Shown in pieces: positions 13,535 through 25,700 of a DNA stretch of 64,000 nt (within the stretch, counting starts at the first letter, position 1; every line of letters begins with the position of its first letter). Made by a program: the position numbers and the translations under genes. The notes under the pieces are model-generated. The model saw nothing but the letters and a program-made list of their open reading frames with translations. It was not told where the DNA came from and made no database searches. This DNA comes from Haplodiscus bocki (lineage: Eukaryota): assembly GCA_965655095.1 (NCBI GenBank), contig OZ296648.1, positions 139,314,001 through 139,378,000 on the forward strand, given 5' to 3'.

Positions 13535-15687
13535 CAGGGATGCACTGTTTTAAACAAGTGTTTTAAACAAGGAGGGAAAAAACGTGTTCAAAACACATCG
13601 AAAAAACACTTTTTTTTGTTTTTTAATTTTTCATTTTTAAAATATTTTAGTATTATATCAATACAATTTTTCGACAACATTCTTCAATTTGATAAATGTT
13701 TAAAGAGTTAGATCTGCTGTGTTTTCAAAATATTTCATAATTTAAGATTTATATGAAAAATGCCCAGACAAAAAGATGCCATCTGGGAATATTTCTCCGA
13801 AATTGTAGTGGATGGTGCCATTAGAGCAGAATGCAAAATGTGCGGTGAAGATATTGCATCATTGGTAGCCCGAATGAAGCGTCATGTTGAAGACTGTCGT
13901 AAACGTCATAATCAAGAGCCTACAAGTTCATCTGGATCTGCTAGCAATCCAATTCCAGTGGAGGGTTCTACACCAGCAAAACAGCTAAAGCAAAGCACCC
14001 TTTCGGTTCTTACCACGACGCCAAAGAAACAAGATCAAATCGATATTCAAATTGCAAGGTATATAAAACTATTTTGGACAGGATTTGTTGTAACGTTTTT
14101 GAAAATTTATACTATAATATTTAAAATTGTTTAGGTGCATAATCGCGACAAACAGTCCCTTCACTTTTTCCGGCAAAAAACAGTTTAAGCGTTTAGTGGA
14201 GATGTTGAGACCTACAACAACAGTTCCAAACAGAAACAAAATTTCCGATGAACTTGTTGATAAGATATACGACGAAGAAAAACTACAAGTTGCCGCTGTT
14301 GTTAATGGTCTTTCTGCCACAATTGTCATCGATGGATGGTCAAAACTGGATAATCAAGCTGTCTTGGGGATTTCATTTTATTCTGGTGGCAAAAGTTTCC
14401 TAGTCAACACAATTGATACTTCGGGAAAACCACACACTACAGAATACTTGGTAGACGTTGTAGATAGTGAAGTGAAGCGCTGCGAAATTGAGTGGAAAGT
14501 AAAATTCCAAAGTGTTGTGACAGACAATGCCGCTAACATGAAGGCAATGCGGACTGCTTATAAAGAAAAAACTGAAGGGGAATCAATGGTACATGTTTAC
14601 GGGTGCCAAGCACACGTGGCAAATTTGGTTGCGAAGGATTATCTGTCAACAAAAGAAATGAAAGCAGTTTTGAACAAAGTAACTTCAGTATTGAAATGGT
14701 TCCGGACAACTCACATTGGTTCGTCAGCATTAAGTGAAGCAGGAATACCGCGACCACCCACAGCATGCGAAACCCGCTCGAACACTTCAACGGAAGTCTT
14801 GGATTACTTTGTGAAACATTGGAATTCTCTTGGCGATATTATCAATACAAAACTCAGCTCAACAGATCCGGTATATAGGTTTATGGAAGAAATACAACTT
14901 AAGCGAAGTGCCACGGATGCTCTATTTTTCTTGAAACCTCTAGCGACTGCTCTTGATAAGTTTCAATCCAACAATTGCGGGCTATCGCTTACGTACGAGA
15001 TTTGGCAGTCTGTCATTGAATGTGCCCTGATACATTTGTTGAAAAACTGAGTAATCGCAGAAACATGGCAGCTTCTGATGTTCAATTAGCCGCGTACTTA
15101 TTAGATCACAGGATTTCTGGTCGAAAACTGTAGCCATGCGAAGTTCTTGAAGCTGAACAGTATTTACAGAGTCTGAGTGAAGATATAATGCCAGAAGTTT
15201 CAAAATATTTAGCAAAACAACCTCCATATTCGAGTTATCTCTTCGAAGGTTCATACAAAGACGTGGATCCAGTGTCCTGGTGGAAGTCAGGGCTACGGTT
15301 GGGTTTCAGCACTCAATTAGTGGATATTGCTGTATCTCTTGTGTCAGCCGTTTCGTCATCGGCAGGTCTTGAACACCATTTTTCTAGTTTGGGCTTAGCT
15401 TACGGATGTTTGCGTACACGTCTTGGAGTTGAAAAGGCAGGAAAACTTGCGTTCTTGCATCAACAATTGAACAATTAACTTTAAAATTTAACAAACTTTT
15501 TATCACTCTATCAGTTTAACATTCCTTTTATTTACCACTTTTAAAAAATTTTGATTTTTGTTATATTTCGTATTATTTGTTATTTTTTCAGTTTTTCAGG
15601 AATATAATGAAAAAAACCTGTTTTTTTTAGTAAAAAAACATGTTTTTTTTGTTTAATTGGGAAAAAACGTTTAAAACAGCATCCCTG
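13535..15687 (+). mobile_element. Full-length hAT DNA transposon (2153 bp)
   Basis: Left TIR CAGGGATGCacTGTTTTAAAC at 13535; right TIR GTTTAAAACAGCATCCCTG ending at 15687. Perfect 8-bp TSD AGCAAAAC at 13527-13534 and 15688-15695. An internal hAT transposase is present. Confidence 0.97.
13760..15478 (+). pseudogene. hAT transposase (BED zinc finger + DDE + dimerization domain), two exons, disabled
   Basis: Exon 1 (13760-14058) holds the BED finger IWEYF..CKMC..HVEDC. A 76-nt GT-AG intron (14059-14134) joins in frame (IAR|CII). Motifs: IDGWS, VTDNAANM, CQAH, AAYLLDHR, SWWK, SSAGLEHHFS. Lesions: frameshift at ~15025, in-frame TAG at 15131-15133, and TRW->TRS at 14778. Confidence 0.93.
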
Positions 15688-18399
15688 AGCAAAACACATT
15701 TCAAACAGCTAAGCTGTCGTTGCCAGCTGAAAAATCAACAAACGTTTCGAGCGTGCGGTAAATTCTGCTCCATTGATGTTCAGAAAGTTCATTCAAAAGT
15801 ATGTACAATTCTGCAAGGCTCAAAATTTAACTGCCAAGTCATCAAAACTTATTATCTCAGAAAAAACTTACTAAAATATTCGCGTGAGTATTGTTAATTG
15901 CCATGAAAATGAACATGCATTCCATATTAAAAAGTTAAAAACTCATGAGCAACTTTTTAAACACCTTTTGTTTCAAAGGGCAAACTTTTTGCAATCAAAA
16001 TTATGGACTTGAATTCCACCCACGCTTCACATAGCAGCAGATAGAGTTTCGTGCAAGGTCAGTACTAAAATAGCAGCGAAGGCAGGATCATGGGAGATGG
16101 TGATAAGAAAACATAAGTAAGGTAAAGTGTTTGTGGAAGATATAAAAATTCTGCATTTTAGCATCATTCGGGGTTTATGTCTTCGAGGTAAACCGGTCGT
16201 AAAAACGCAAGTGACGTCTTTAACACCGGCCTGTTCAGGTGCAAATTAACAACACAGTTAACCCCCCATCCACTCCTCCCCCATCACCACCCCTGCTAAC
16301 CGCTCAACCAAAGGCAAACTGAAAACACTGAAAGTGGAGGAAGACAGCGTAAGCCGGTGCTATATCATAGAATCGAATGACAGCGGCAGTTAGCGAAAGT
16401 AAAATTGCTCAACAATGCGAAGCATATAGCTTAACCTACTGTAAATATTGCAAGTTATTCAGCTGAATGCAACACAACAAGAACACAAAGCATAACCTGA
16501 CGCGGCTGGAAAATAGTTTGCTGTTTTTTTTTGTCGAGGAGTGTTGTATTATGAACTAAGTTAACCCACCGGCTAATAACAACAGGAATAATAATAGCAA
16601 AAATAAAAATAACAGACATGCAACTGCGATGATGGTTGTGGGAGTTGATCGGCGGTGCTGAGGCAATAAGCTATGAAAGGCAACCCGATGGGTAAACAGG
16701 ATATTGTCGGTGTTGGTAAAAGGCAATCAGGTGGAAAAAATGAGCAACATTCAGCATTCTAATTTTGTCGGTGTTGTTAAATTTGCTAGATTTGTCATCT
16801 ATTGGGCGAAGCCAAGTAAACACGCATGCCTGCTGCCCTGGTTCTACTTGCTTTGAAGGTGCTGTAATGCATGTCATGCGATGGCAAAAGAACTTCACAC
16901 TTGAAGGGTTTGTAATCGATGATAATTCATCATTATCAACATAATGGAATTAAAATCAATCTCATGATACTAATGCTAGATGCTGAAATGCTCTCAAATT
17001 AAGTTTCTCCCAAAAAACCTCAAATTCAAAAGCAGGCACATCGAGGAGCTACCATGATATTTTATGACAAACTCCCAGACAAAGAAGCACTGCGCCATCG
17101 ATTTATATGAAAATGCTCTCAGAAACATTGTATATTGACTTCATTGCTGAAGTTATTCATTAGATCACTTAAAGCGTTAGGTAAAATTTAAAACCAATGC
17201 ACCAAGGGCGCCACACATAAAAACGCTAAGAATTTAGAATAGAAGAACAAACTTGAAGCCAAGTGAACAATCTTCCCCCTAACTGCTGCTTTTCATAGTC
17301 CTTCCACAAGGAACACAAGGGACGAGGTAAGATGGAGAAAACGAGCGTTGTGATAAACTTAGACCACGATAAAAACAGAGTAATTCTAAATTAATGACCT
17401 GTTGCATGTGCTGCAAAATTCTATAAAGTACATTCTGTGATGTTGTCAAAACAGGTTCAGCACTATTTTGCAACGTTGGTGAATAGGCAATGAAGTATTG
17501 AATTTAGTTCAACTTTTTATGTTCTACCCTTTTTCAATAATATTGGGGCGGGGGGGGGGGGCTTGTTATCTAGAAAAACTTTAGCCCATGGTTGTTGATT
17601 TTTCGAGGAAATTTTTGGGTTTTCGCTTTTATTCCTGCTGCTCTCTGTGAGGCCTCTCGGTTCGTTTTACAGCTCTAGGGGACGCCAGCAGTCAAGCAGA
17701 AAAAAATTTTGGTTGAAAGAAACGTCGCCTACTATGTGAGTTCTTCCGATAAAATCAAAACTAAGTAGTATCAAAATCGATCTTTTAGAAAAAATAAAGC
17801 GCAACTAAAACAAGAGGAGAGGAAAAGGAGGAGGAACACGAAAACAAAAAAGGTGTTCGTTAACCTGGTTTCGAAAAACTGATATAAAAATTTAGGCGTC
17901 CAGCAGTTCGTAATTTAACGCAATGAAAAACGGAAGACACTGTTATAAGCAAAAACATACCACAAATGTAAAAAGGCACCAACTCACGCAAGAACTCAAA
18001 AGCGACAATTTCATGAAAAACATCAGCGCACAACGTTTGCCAGCAACTCAAAATCATTGTTAATTATTTGCAACTAACATTCAGCTGCCGCAAACAACAT
18101 TTCAAATTATTAATGATTGAAAAGTAAGACCGAACGCTCCTAATTTAGTTCCGAAGCCTTGTATTCTGACATCAAATATTTTGATAGGTGAAAGTTTTCA
18201 CATGTAGCGCATTTTGTATAAGCTCCTACATTGATTTGCAGACAAACTGTATACAAGTTTTGAGAAATTCTTTCTCAACTGTGGTTAAAGAGGTGAAGCG
18301 TGTGTCTTGTCGAGCTGAGTGTTAGGCTACAAATCTGGGAATCAGCAACTAATTTACCGAATCTAAGTTTTATAATGATACCCATTTCCAGGCAAACAA

Positions 18400-19100
18400 G
18401 GAGAATCCAGGAATAGTTTGATTCCTTGGCCCCAGGTCCTAGGCAATACAAATTGGCTCCTTTTATGAATTCAGGATTTTCGGGTTTGTCTTAAAAACTC
18501 TTAAGCAGATTGCTATTTCGAGAGAAAATTTGGCAGCTGGAAGGTTTGAATTATAGTATTGTGCGATGTGTGAGATCGGCGATGACGGATGCCTTTTTTA
18601 TGATTCAGTTTTCACGCAAGATTGAAGCTAATTATTTGCTTCCATTTCATGCAGACTCAAGTGCCTATTGTTAACCAGTTATTAATTTACTAGTCAGCTG
18701 AGGAACTTGCTAATTATTCACTCCGCACATCATGGTTGTGCGCTTTCAATCCGATCATTTTAATCATTACGGCAGGTTGTCACCCTCATAAATTGTGGTG
18801 AGTTGTTGCACATTTTCGCCTTTTGATTCCATTGACGAGTCGCTTGCACTAATGTAACAACTAGCTAGAAGCAAGCCTAAGTCAGCGGCGCCTTTAGGGC
18901 TGAAAATACTTGTAGGGAAAGCCGTTGACGTTTCTAACAGTTTAGGTACTTTCGAATCCAATACAATATAGCAAAGTTGCTTTAATCCATCAATTCTCAA
19001 CCCCAATAATGCAGCATTTTTGGCGAATAATCGAGGACTTTAGTTAACCAGGAATTTGTCCGAGTTCTAGTCTCACTTTCATCAATAAAACGCCAACAAG
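18400..19100 (-). mobile_element. Highly degraded LINE endonuclease remnant (RTE-like)
   Basis: Minus-strand CYISASDSSMESKGENVQQL...MIGLKAH resembles the YAPT...F..L...IIGDxNA segment of APE endonucleases. Very decayed. Confidence 0.3.
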
Positions 19101-22100
19101 TAATTATTTTGATCAATGTGTATAAATGACTTTGACTGTTTTTTACACCAACGAAAAAGCATGCGTTAACTACATTGAGGAGCGAATGTAGCGGTTAATC
19201 GAGTGCATAATTGAATGAAAAAATTTTGGGGTAAAACTTTTCATCATACAGCGGAAGTCACAGGGCATTGTAGAAAAAAATAGCTCTAAAAAACTCAAGT
19301 ACAAGAAAGGAGAAAGGGGGTTGTCACAGTCTCATCAAAGTATTTTGGTGTTTCAGACGGACGAAAAAAATGGCAAGATGTACAAATTGTTCAAATTCTA
19401 AATAATTTCTGGGCCGGTTAATCAAATGGGTTGATTCGGAGAGCTCAAGCGGCTAACGAAGAAAAATTGTTATAATGCACATTTAAATTAATTTCTTTCT
19501 ATTTTGTCACAGCAGTTTCCTTCGATAGAGTTCGATATTTTCCTGTCATTTCAAAAACACTTTACCTGCTATAAAACCACCATTGCGTAACTTCACAAAG
19601 TACCAGCTTATCTTGCGTGAGAGGGCATCTGTCAATTCTTGTTCAACAAAGCGAGAAAATTTTCCACTGCATATTTTGTTACCTGCAACCAAAACCAAGG
19701 AGACATGCAGCCCGAATTGACCAAAAATTCTCATTTTTTGAGGGTTGATATTGTGATCAGATAATTGTTGGTACGTTTCCATAAAGAAGGGAGTCCTTGT
19801 CGCATTCAGTACACTAAGGCAGAACACCTGGAGATATCTTTGAATAATTCAACACTCACGTTTATGTCCGCCTTTGTGAGCCACATTCGGTAATTTTGCG
19901 GGATCTTTGAATTTCAAAATGGTGGTTGGTTTCATTATGGAGAAAGCTTTTGTTTGAAAAAGGCAGAAATGGAGATTCATCACATCAGACAGCGACGTCT
20001 ACATAAAGAGCACATTTAAAGAAAGCAACCGTAAAAGGAAAATGAAGCAACGTTCCGCTTTTTGCAAGAGCAATGCGAACACTGACCTCTTTTCTATCTT
20101 AACATCAGTAGTGGGTGGCATTTATATGCAATACATATTTTAATCAAATTTGCCTAAATCACCGCATGTTTCTCGATAATTTCTTGATATTCGCCAACTT
20201 TTTTGAGAACTCTTGAAAATGCATTAATTTGGCCGATGAAGCACATTTTTGAATAAACAGTTGAAAGTTACTTTCTGTAACTTGAATTTCGATCCCTCAA
20301 AAATCATCAAGAATTCCGGAGTAACAATTTACCACAAGAAATGAACTGCTTTTTCAAAAGAGCCTCGTTCCAACAGACTTTTGACATTCACTTTGCATAT
20401 TTGGAGCATTTTTTGCAGCAACCCCCTTAATTCACGACATATCTTGATTGAAACTCCCGCCTTCTGCATAGCATATTTTAGAAAATTTCCCATTTAAATG
20501 CCGACCCTCTTTCATATCCTCTTGATATCAAATTGAGGAAGTTTATTTCAGGAAATGAAAGGAAGCATGGTCTTTGCAAAATGTTCCGGTTTCAGGAGGG
20601 AAAGAATTGTATTAGCAGTGCAAGGCACGTATGGTTGTTCCACAAGTCACAATAAACCCCAGGCCATGCTCGAATATCCAAACATTTAAAAACGAACTTA
20701 CTTCATATGAAAAAAAACAAAAATTGACCAGAGTTGACGTTTCCTTTTCAAAACAGGGTAAATTTGGAGAATTTTGATTAAAAAAATGACTGTATCGCCT
20801 TCGAAAACTGATTTGGATGAAAAAGACCAGAAACTCCCAAAAAACGCAAAATTTTTCATTTTTGGTCATCTTAAAAGCTATTTAAAACTCTCATTTTGGA
20901 AACCTTCAGAGATATCTGCTAAGTTAGGGAAAAGTATAGTCTAGAAGCTACAAAGTTGACTTAGCTGTCAACTGTGCAAAAAACAAGGTTAATCACGAAA
21001 CTAAAGACTTTTGACCCAAAATAGGGCACCAAAAGAAACATTTTTTGATGAAAACATCAAAATTACTCAAAATTAGGCTTTTGAAATGAATCATGGTCAA
21101 TTCGTCGTAAAAATTTGCAAGGTAAAAGAACAAATATGCTGACAAAATTGACAAATCTAGTTTTATCGGAAGACTATCAAGCACCAATCCAGAGGAAATT
21201 TTGAGAAGTTCATCAGAAGCTATCTCATCAAAAGTCAACTGCATGCGCTTTCACGGGTAATTTGGGAGACAGACGATCAAAAATTTCCGAAACATCACGA
21301 AACAAGAAGCTATTTTCGCCGAGTCTAAAACATTGTAAAGGGCGTGAATCTTGCTAAATACCTCGTTTTCATAATAAGTTCCCGAATATTTTCTTTTGCC
21401 TCGTTTTTAATTGAACTTGAGGCAAAAAAGAAGAATCTGACAACACACCTGCGAAAATTCCGCTCAAAAATGAACTATTTTTTCTTGTACTTGAAGACAC
21501 GAAAACAATCAATCCTATATCAAACATTTGTACTGTATTTATGTAAATTTGCGCTTCTGTATTGTATTAGAGAGAACTGATAGCTATAACGTTGATATGA
21601 AAGGCAAAAGTTCGAAAAATCAAGAAAAATCACAAATAGCTTTTTTGGCTCACTTTGAAACCCTACAAAGGCCACTTTTTGAAGAAAACGCTTCGATAAG
21701 ATTTTCGCGAAGTCAACGGTTTGGACTGATTTATACTGGTTCCGTAGATAAATACATGATTCAGAAGGCGAGGCAGCAAAAACTCGGAAAATTGCTAAAT
21801 TTGGCTTTTTTTTCGTACAACAGAAAAAAACTTGCATTTTTGCGGAACAAGTTTGTGAAAAATATCCGTTCGTATATTTTTCAAAATCCTCCAGAAAATG
21901 TTGATTTTTAGGGACGTTAGCAAAACTTGTGCGAAGAGGGCGAAACTGTTGATTTTTGGTTAATTTTAGACGAACGAATATGACAAAAATCGCAAAAACG
22001 TTTTATACCGTTCAATACGCGTTCGTTACGTTTTTGAGTTTGAAAGAAGCTTTTAAATAGGTACAGAGCTTCACAGCATAATATATAGCAACTGAGGTTG

Positions 22101-22641
22101 AATCCATTAAGTGCGGCAGAAGCTTCTAGGATTTAGTTAAGTGGTCTGAAAAAAAAGTCGACGCAGTCCGTATAATACTTTGGCCTTCGGCATCGATATT
22201 AATAAGCAGAAACATAACAATGAGCCTTAAGAGTATGCAAAATGAAGTAAGAACATCAACTTCCCATGCTGATAAAACACAGACATGCGAAAAATAGGTC
22301 CCTGGAAAAAATACAAGATGTAAAATTAAACAAGGGTAATTAAATTTTTTGAGCGATAAATTTGTTTCAAAGAGCAAAGAAATATTAGGCTAAATTGAAC
22401 AGTCATTCCTTTTATGCTTTTAGAATTTTACTTTCTGAAACTTCATGCCCTATTGTTCCACTTTCGAAGCCATGATAGCTATCCCGTAAACTGAAGATAA
22501 CACTGCATGCAGCTGAAGTCAGAAGTGTAGACTGATAGCCCACCTGCAGATTTGAGTACTGATTATTCATTTCAAAAGCATTAGTGAAAAATATTCTGAC
22601 ATTCATTCTCAAAATTATTTCACGTATATATTAAAATGTTT

Positions 22642-22779
22642 TCACTCAAATTGACATCTAGATAAAAAATCATCCGACAAATATTGAACGTTTTGGTGGC
22701 TACTCTCTTTGGGTTGGCATGCTAAGTAGTCATGTAAGACATCCTCATCCCAATGGAAATTCAACATCGCGGCCGGTAC
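22642..22779 (-). CDS. UBXN6: UBXN6 last coding exon (UBX C-terminus)
   Basis: tttgtttctgttgaag|GTA CCG...: VPAAMLNFHWDEDVLHDYLACQPKESSHQNVQYLSDDFLSRCQFE*, with TGA at 22644-22642. Confidence 0.88.
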   Translation of the reverse strand, partial: VPAAMLNFHWDEDVLHDYLACQPKESSHQNVQYLSDDFLSRCQFE

Positions 22780-25700
22780 CTTCAACAGAAACAAACTCGT
22801 TTAGAATATGCGATAACCTAGTAGTTAAAGGATATACTTTCAGCAATGAGACATCGCAAACGAGCCATGAACTGTCCAGGTCGTGGCTGTCCGTAAAGCT
22901 CAAACTATTTGTAGAGTAATCAGCTGATAATAGGAAAGCTTTCCGTTATTTTGCGAAAATTCGGTGAGCCTAAAGAGTTTTCACAATTTTTGTCGAAAAA
23001 AAATGGCCAGACACCAATGCAGAAAAAAAATTGTAGAAAAGATTTCCTGAAAAAAAAATATGTTTTTCTGTAATGTTTAGTCGTAAGTTGGTTCTGACCT
23101 CTCCTCATTTACATTCTGCACAATTAACCAGATTCGTTATGCTTGTCAAATACACAGGAAATAAGCCGAAGATAGTGCGTTAGTTAGGCAGACAAGGATA
23201 TGAGACATACCAAAAAGCAGAATGAACTACGCGAGTACAGCTATTTTCACTGCAAGCCGAGAGATTTTTCGAGTAGTTTCAATGACCAATCAAATTGAAG
23301 CATTCATTCGTTTTCATTCCTTTTCTGCTTTTTTTCTCATTCCTAGTAGTTTCTCTTTAATTGATTGTCTGTCTAACGCAGGGCCTCCAAACAAACCACT
23401 GTAGTAATGTCCTATAGAGAATGGAGCTAGTGAACCCTCTTTCGGCTTTTCAAATCTCTCACAGATTTTTGACGTCATTGCCGAAAAACCGAAACCAGCA
23501 AGTGAAAAAAGCAAGCCAATTAAAAAGTGAGAATAGAGTCAGTGATTGTGTTTCAGCAATGGCGTCATAAAGATCATACCGAAAGAAGAAAGCGAGTGAG
23601 TTGATTCATTCAGTGCGATAACAGTGGTTCCCAAGCCAAAAAATAAAACAATTTTTAGTTCTTCAAAACAGCATGAAAAGATTTTGAGAAATAACCGAAA
23701 GTCAAAATCCGTACGTTTACTCGACCATCAGCTGAATTGGCTCTAAATCTTGATTTTTAAGCCTTTTGCTTTTTTCTTGACTCACAAAATCATCACTGCC
23801 AACAGAAAACCCGAGCACCTGTTTCTGACAGATTGACAATCTAATCTGCCGATCTGGCAGAAGGGTATGCTAGTATAAAAAATGTCGATTAAAGAACATT
23901 CGTAGCAAAGCCAAAAAATCATCTTTCAAATGCTCCTATCATCACATTAGAAACGAATCCAGAGACAAAACACTAAAGCAGTTTTCGCAGTAGAGATATG
24001 TAGCTTGGAGGTTACGATAAAACGTCCAGTGGAATCATTATTAGTTTCCCTAATATAACGAACTAGAGGCTAAAAAATTGCCGCTGACGTTTATTTACCA
24101 CATCATATTTACCAATGCTAAGTCTGAAAGAAATTTGCTCTCGTCAAAGGAATATCCCATTGCATCTTGTAGTCGGAAGGACACTGACTCGTAGGCCAAA
24201 TTATTTTTCAGAAAGTCAACCACGTCTCCAAACTTCTCGAACACCTGTAAAAGCAGCAATTACTTTGAGTTATTGTGATAAAATTGCGGTATACTCTTCA
24301 CCACCCGGTGTTTAAAAAAGCGGAATGTGAATACTATGGTTTCCAAGTGTATGCTGATCTTATCTTTGAGCGCGACGCATTTCGTACTCAAACTTCAAAA
24401 TATTCCAATTTTGTGTTCATTTAAAAATCACTCAGTTATCTTCTGGCTAACAGGCAGAGCCCTTTTTTTCATTTTTTTAAATAGACCATCAACTCGTATA
24501 GAATGTTTTACCCTAAAAACCAGCTGCAATGTAGAGTTGTCAGGAAATCTGATTCTGATTAAAGTGTAATTGTATTTGCGAACTTCTTGAAGAGCGTCCC
24601 GTTCTCTCATTGCTTTCGTTCTCAATTGCAGTTCCTTTTCGGCCCTCTCTTTCCTATAACGGAGACCAGGTAAATTGAACAGTATTCGGTTTCGGAAATA
24701 CAATCCGAATAGGCCATATTGCCAACTAAGCATTGCATTGAACATTTTTCAAACCCTGTATAAAATGGAGATAGTGAACCGTGTCTCGGCTGTCAAAAAC
24801 TCTCTCAATTATTCTGACGTCATTGCCGAAATACCGAAGCTAGCAAGTGAAAATAGCAAGCCAATGAAAAGCGATTTACTAAAACTCAGTGATAGTGTTT
24901 CGTTTTGACGTCATGATGATCATGCCGAATGAAGAAAGAGTGAATTCATCAATTCGTCCGCTCCATTAACTCGCCTGCTGCATTCATTCAGCGTTATAAT
25001 AGTGACTTCGAAGCCAAAAAAAAACATGAACGGATCTTTAAAATGTCTTGGACAGATTGAAAATTAAATCTGCCGATCTGGCAGAAGGGTTTGCTAGTTA
25101 GTTAAAATGGGAATCAGAAACTTGCTATCCCTAGTAACTCAGTAAAACCTATTTTAGTACAAAATCACTGATAACGGGTGCTTAAATTTTGCTCGTATTT
25201 CTGTAGGACCGACTCCTTTTTCACGAATTAAAAACCATGGGAAGGAATGAGTCAGTACAGCTGTTTCGTACGATAAGTAGTTTTCAAAATAAAACTTTCT
25301 CCACAATATTTCAACGAAGAGTTCGTTCGATCTTTTCCACTAAAACACTGCATAAATCATTCTGAACAGACAAAACCACCTCAGATGGTGTTCCCGAGCA
25401 ATTTCTTCCTTGGATAAATTATAGAAGTCGTCTGGATACATGATAGGCCCCACTGTCAAAAGCTGTTTCGGAGTCAAAATCTTCGCCTGTCTGTCTAATT
25501 GTGGTTTCATCGGTTGCCCGTCCGACAACATGAAAATAAGTGTTTGTAGACTCTCCACATTTGGATCTCGACAAACCCACACTCTACTTTCTTCTGATTC
25601 GCCTAAAAGCACTCAAAAATGATCCTTCTTAAATGTCCGGTCAAATTTTCAACCTGATGATATTTTCATGATAACAGCAGGAAAATTACCACCAAACCTT

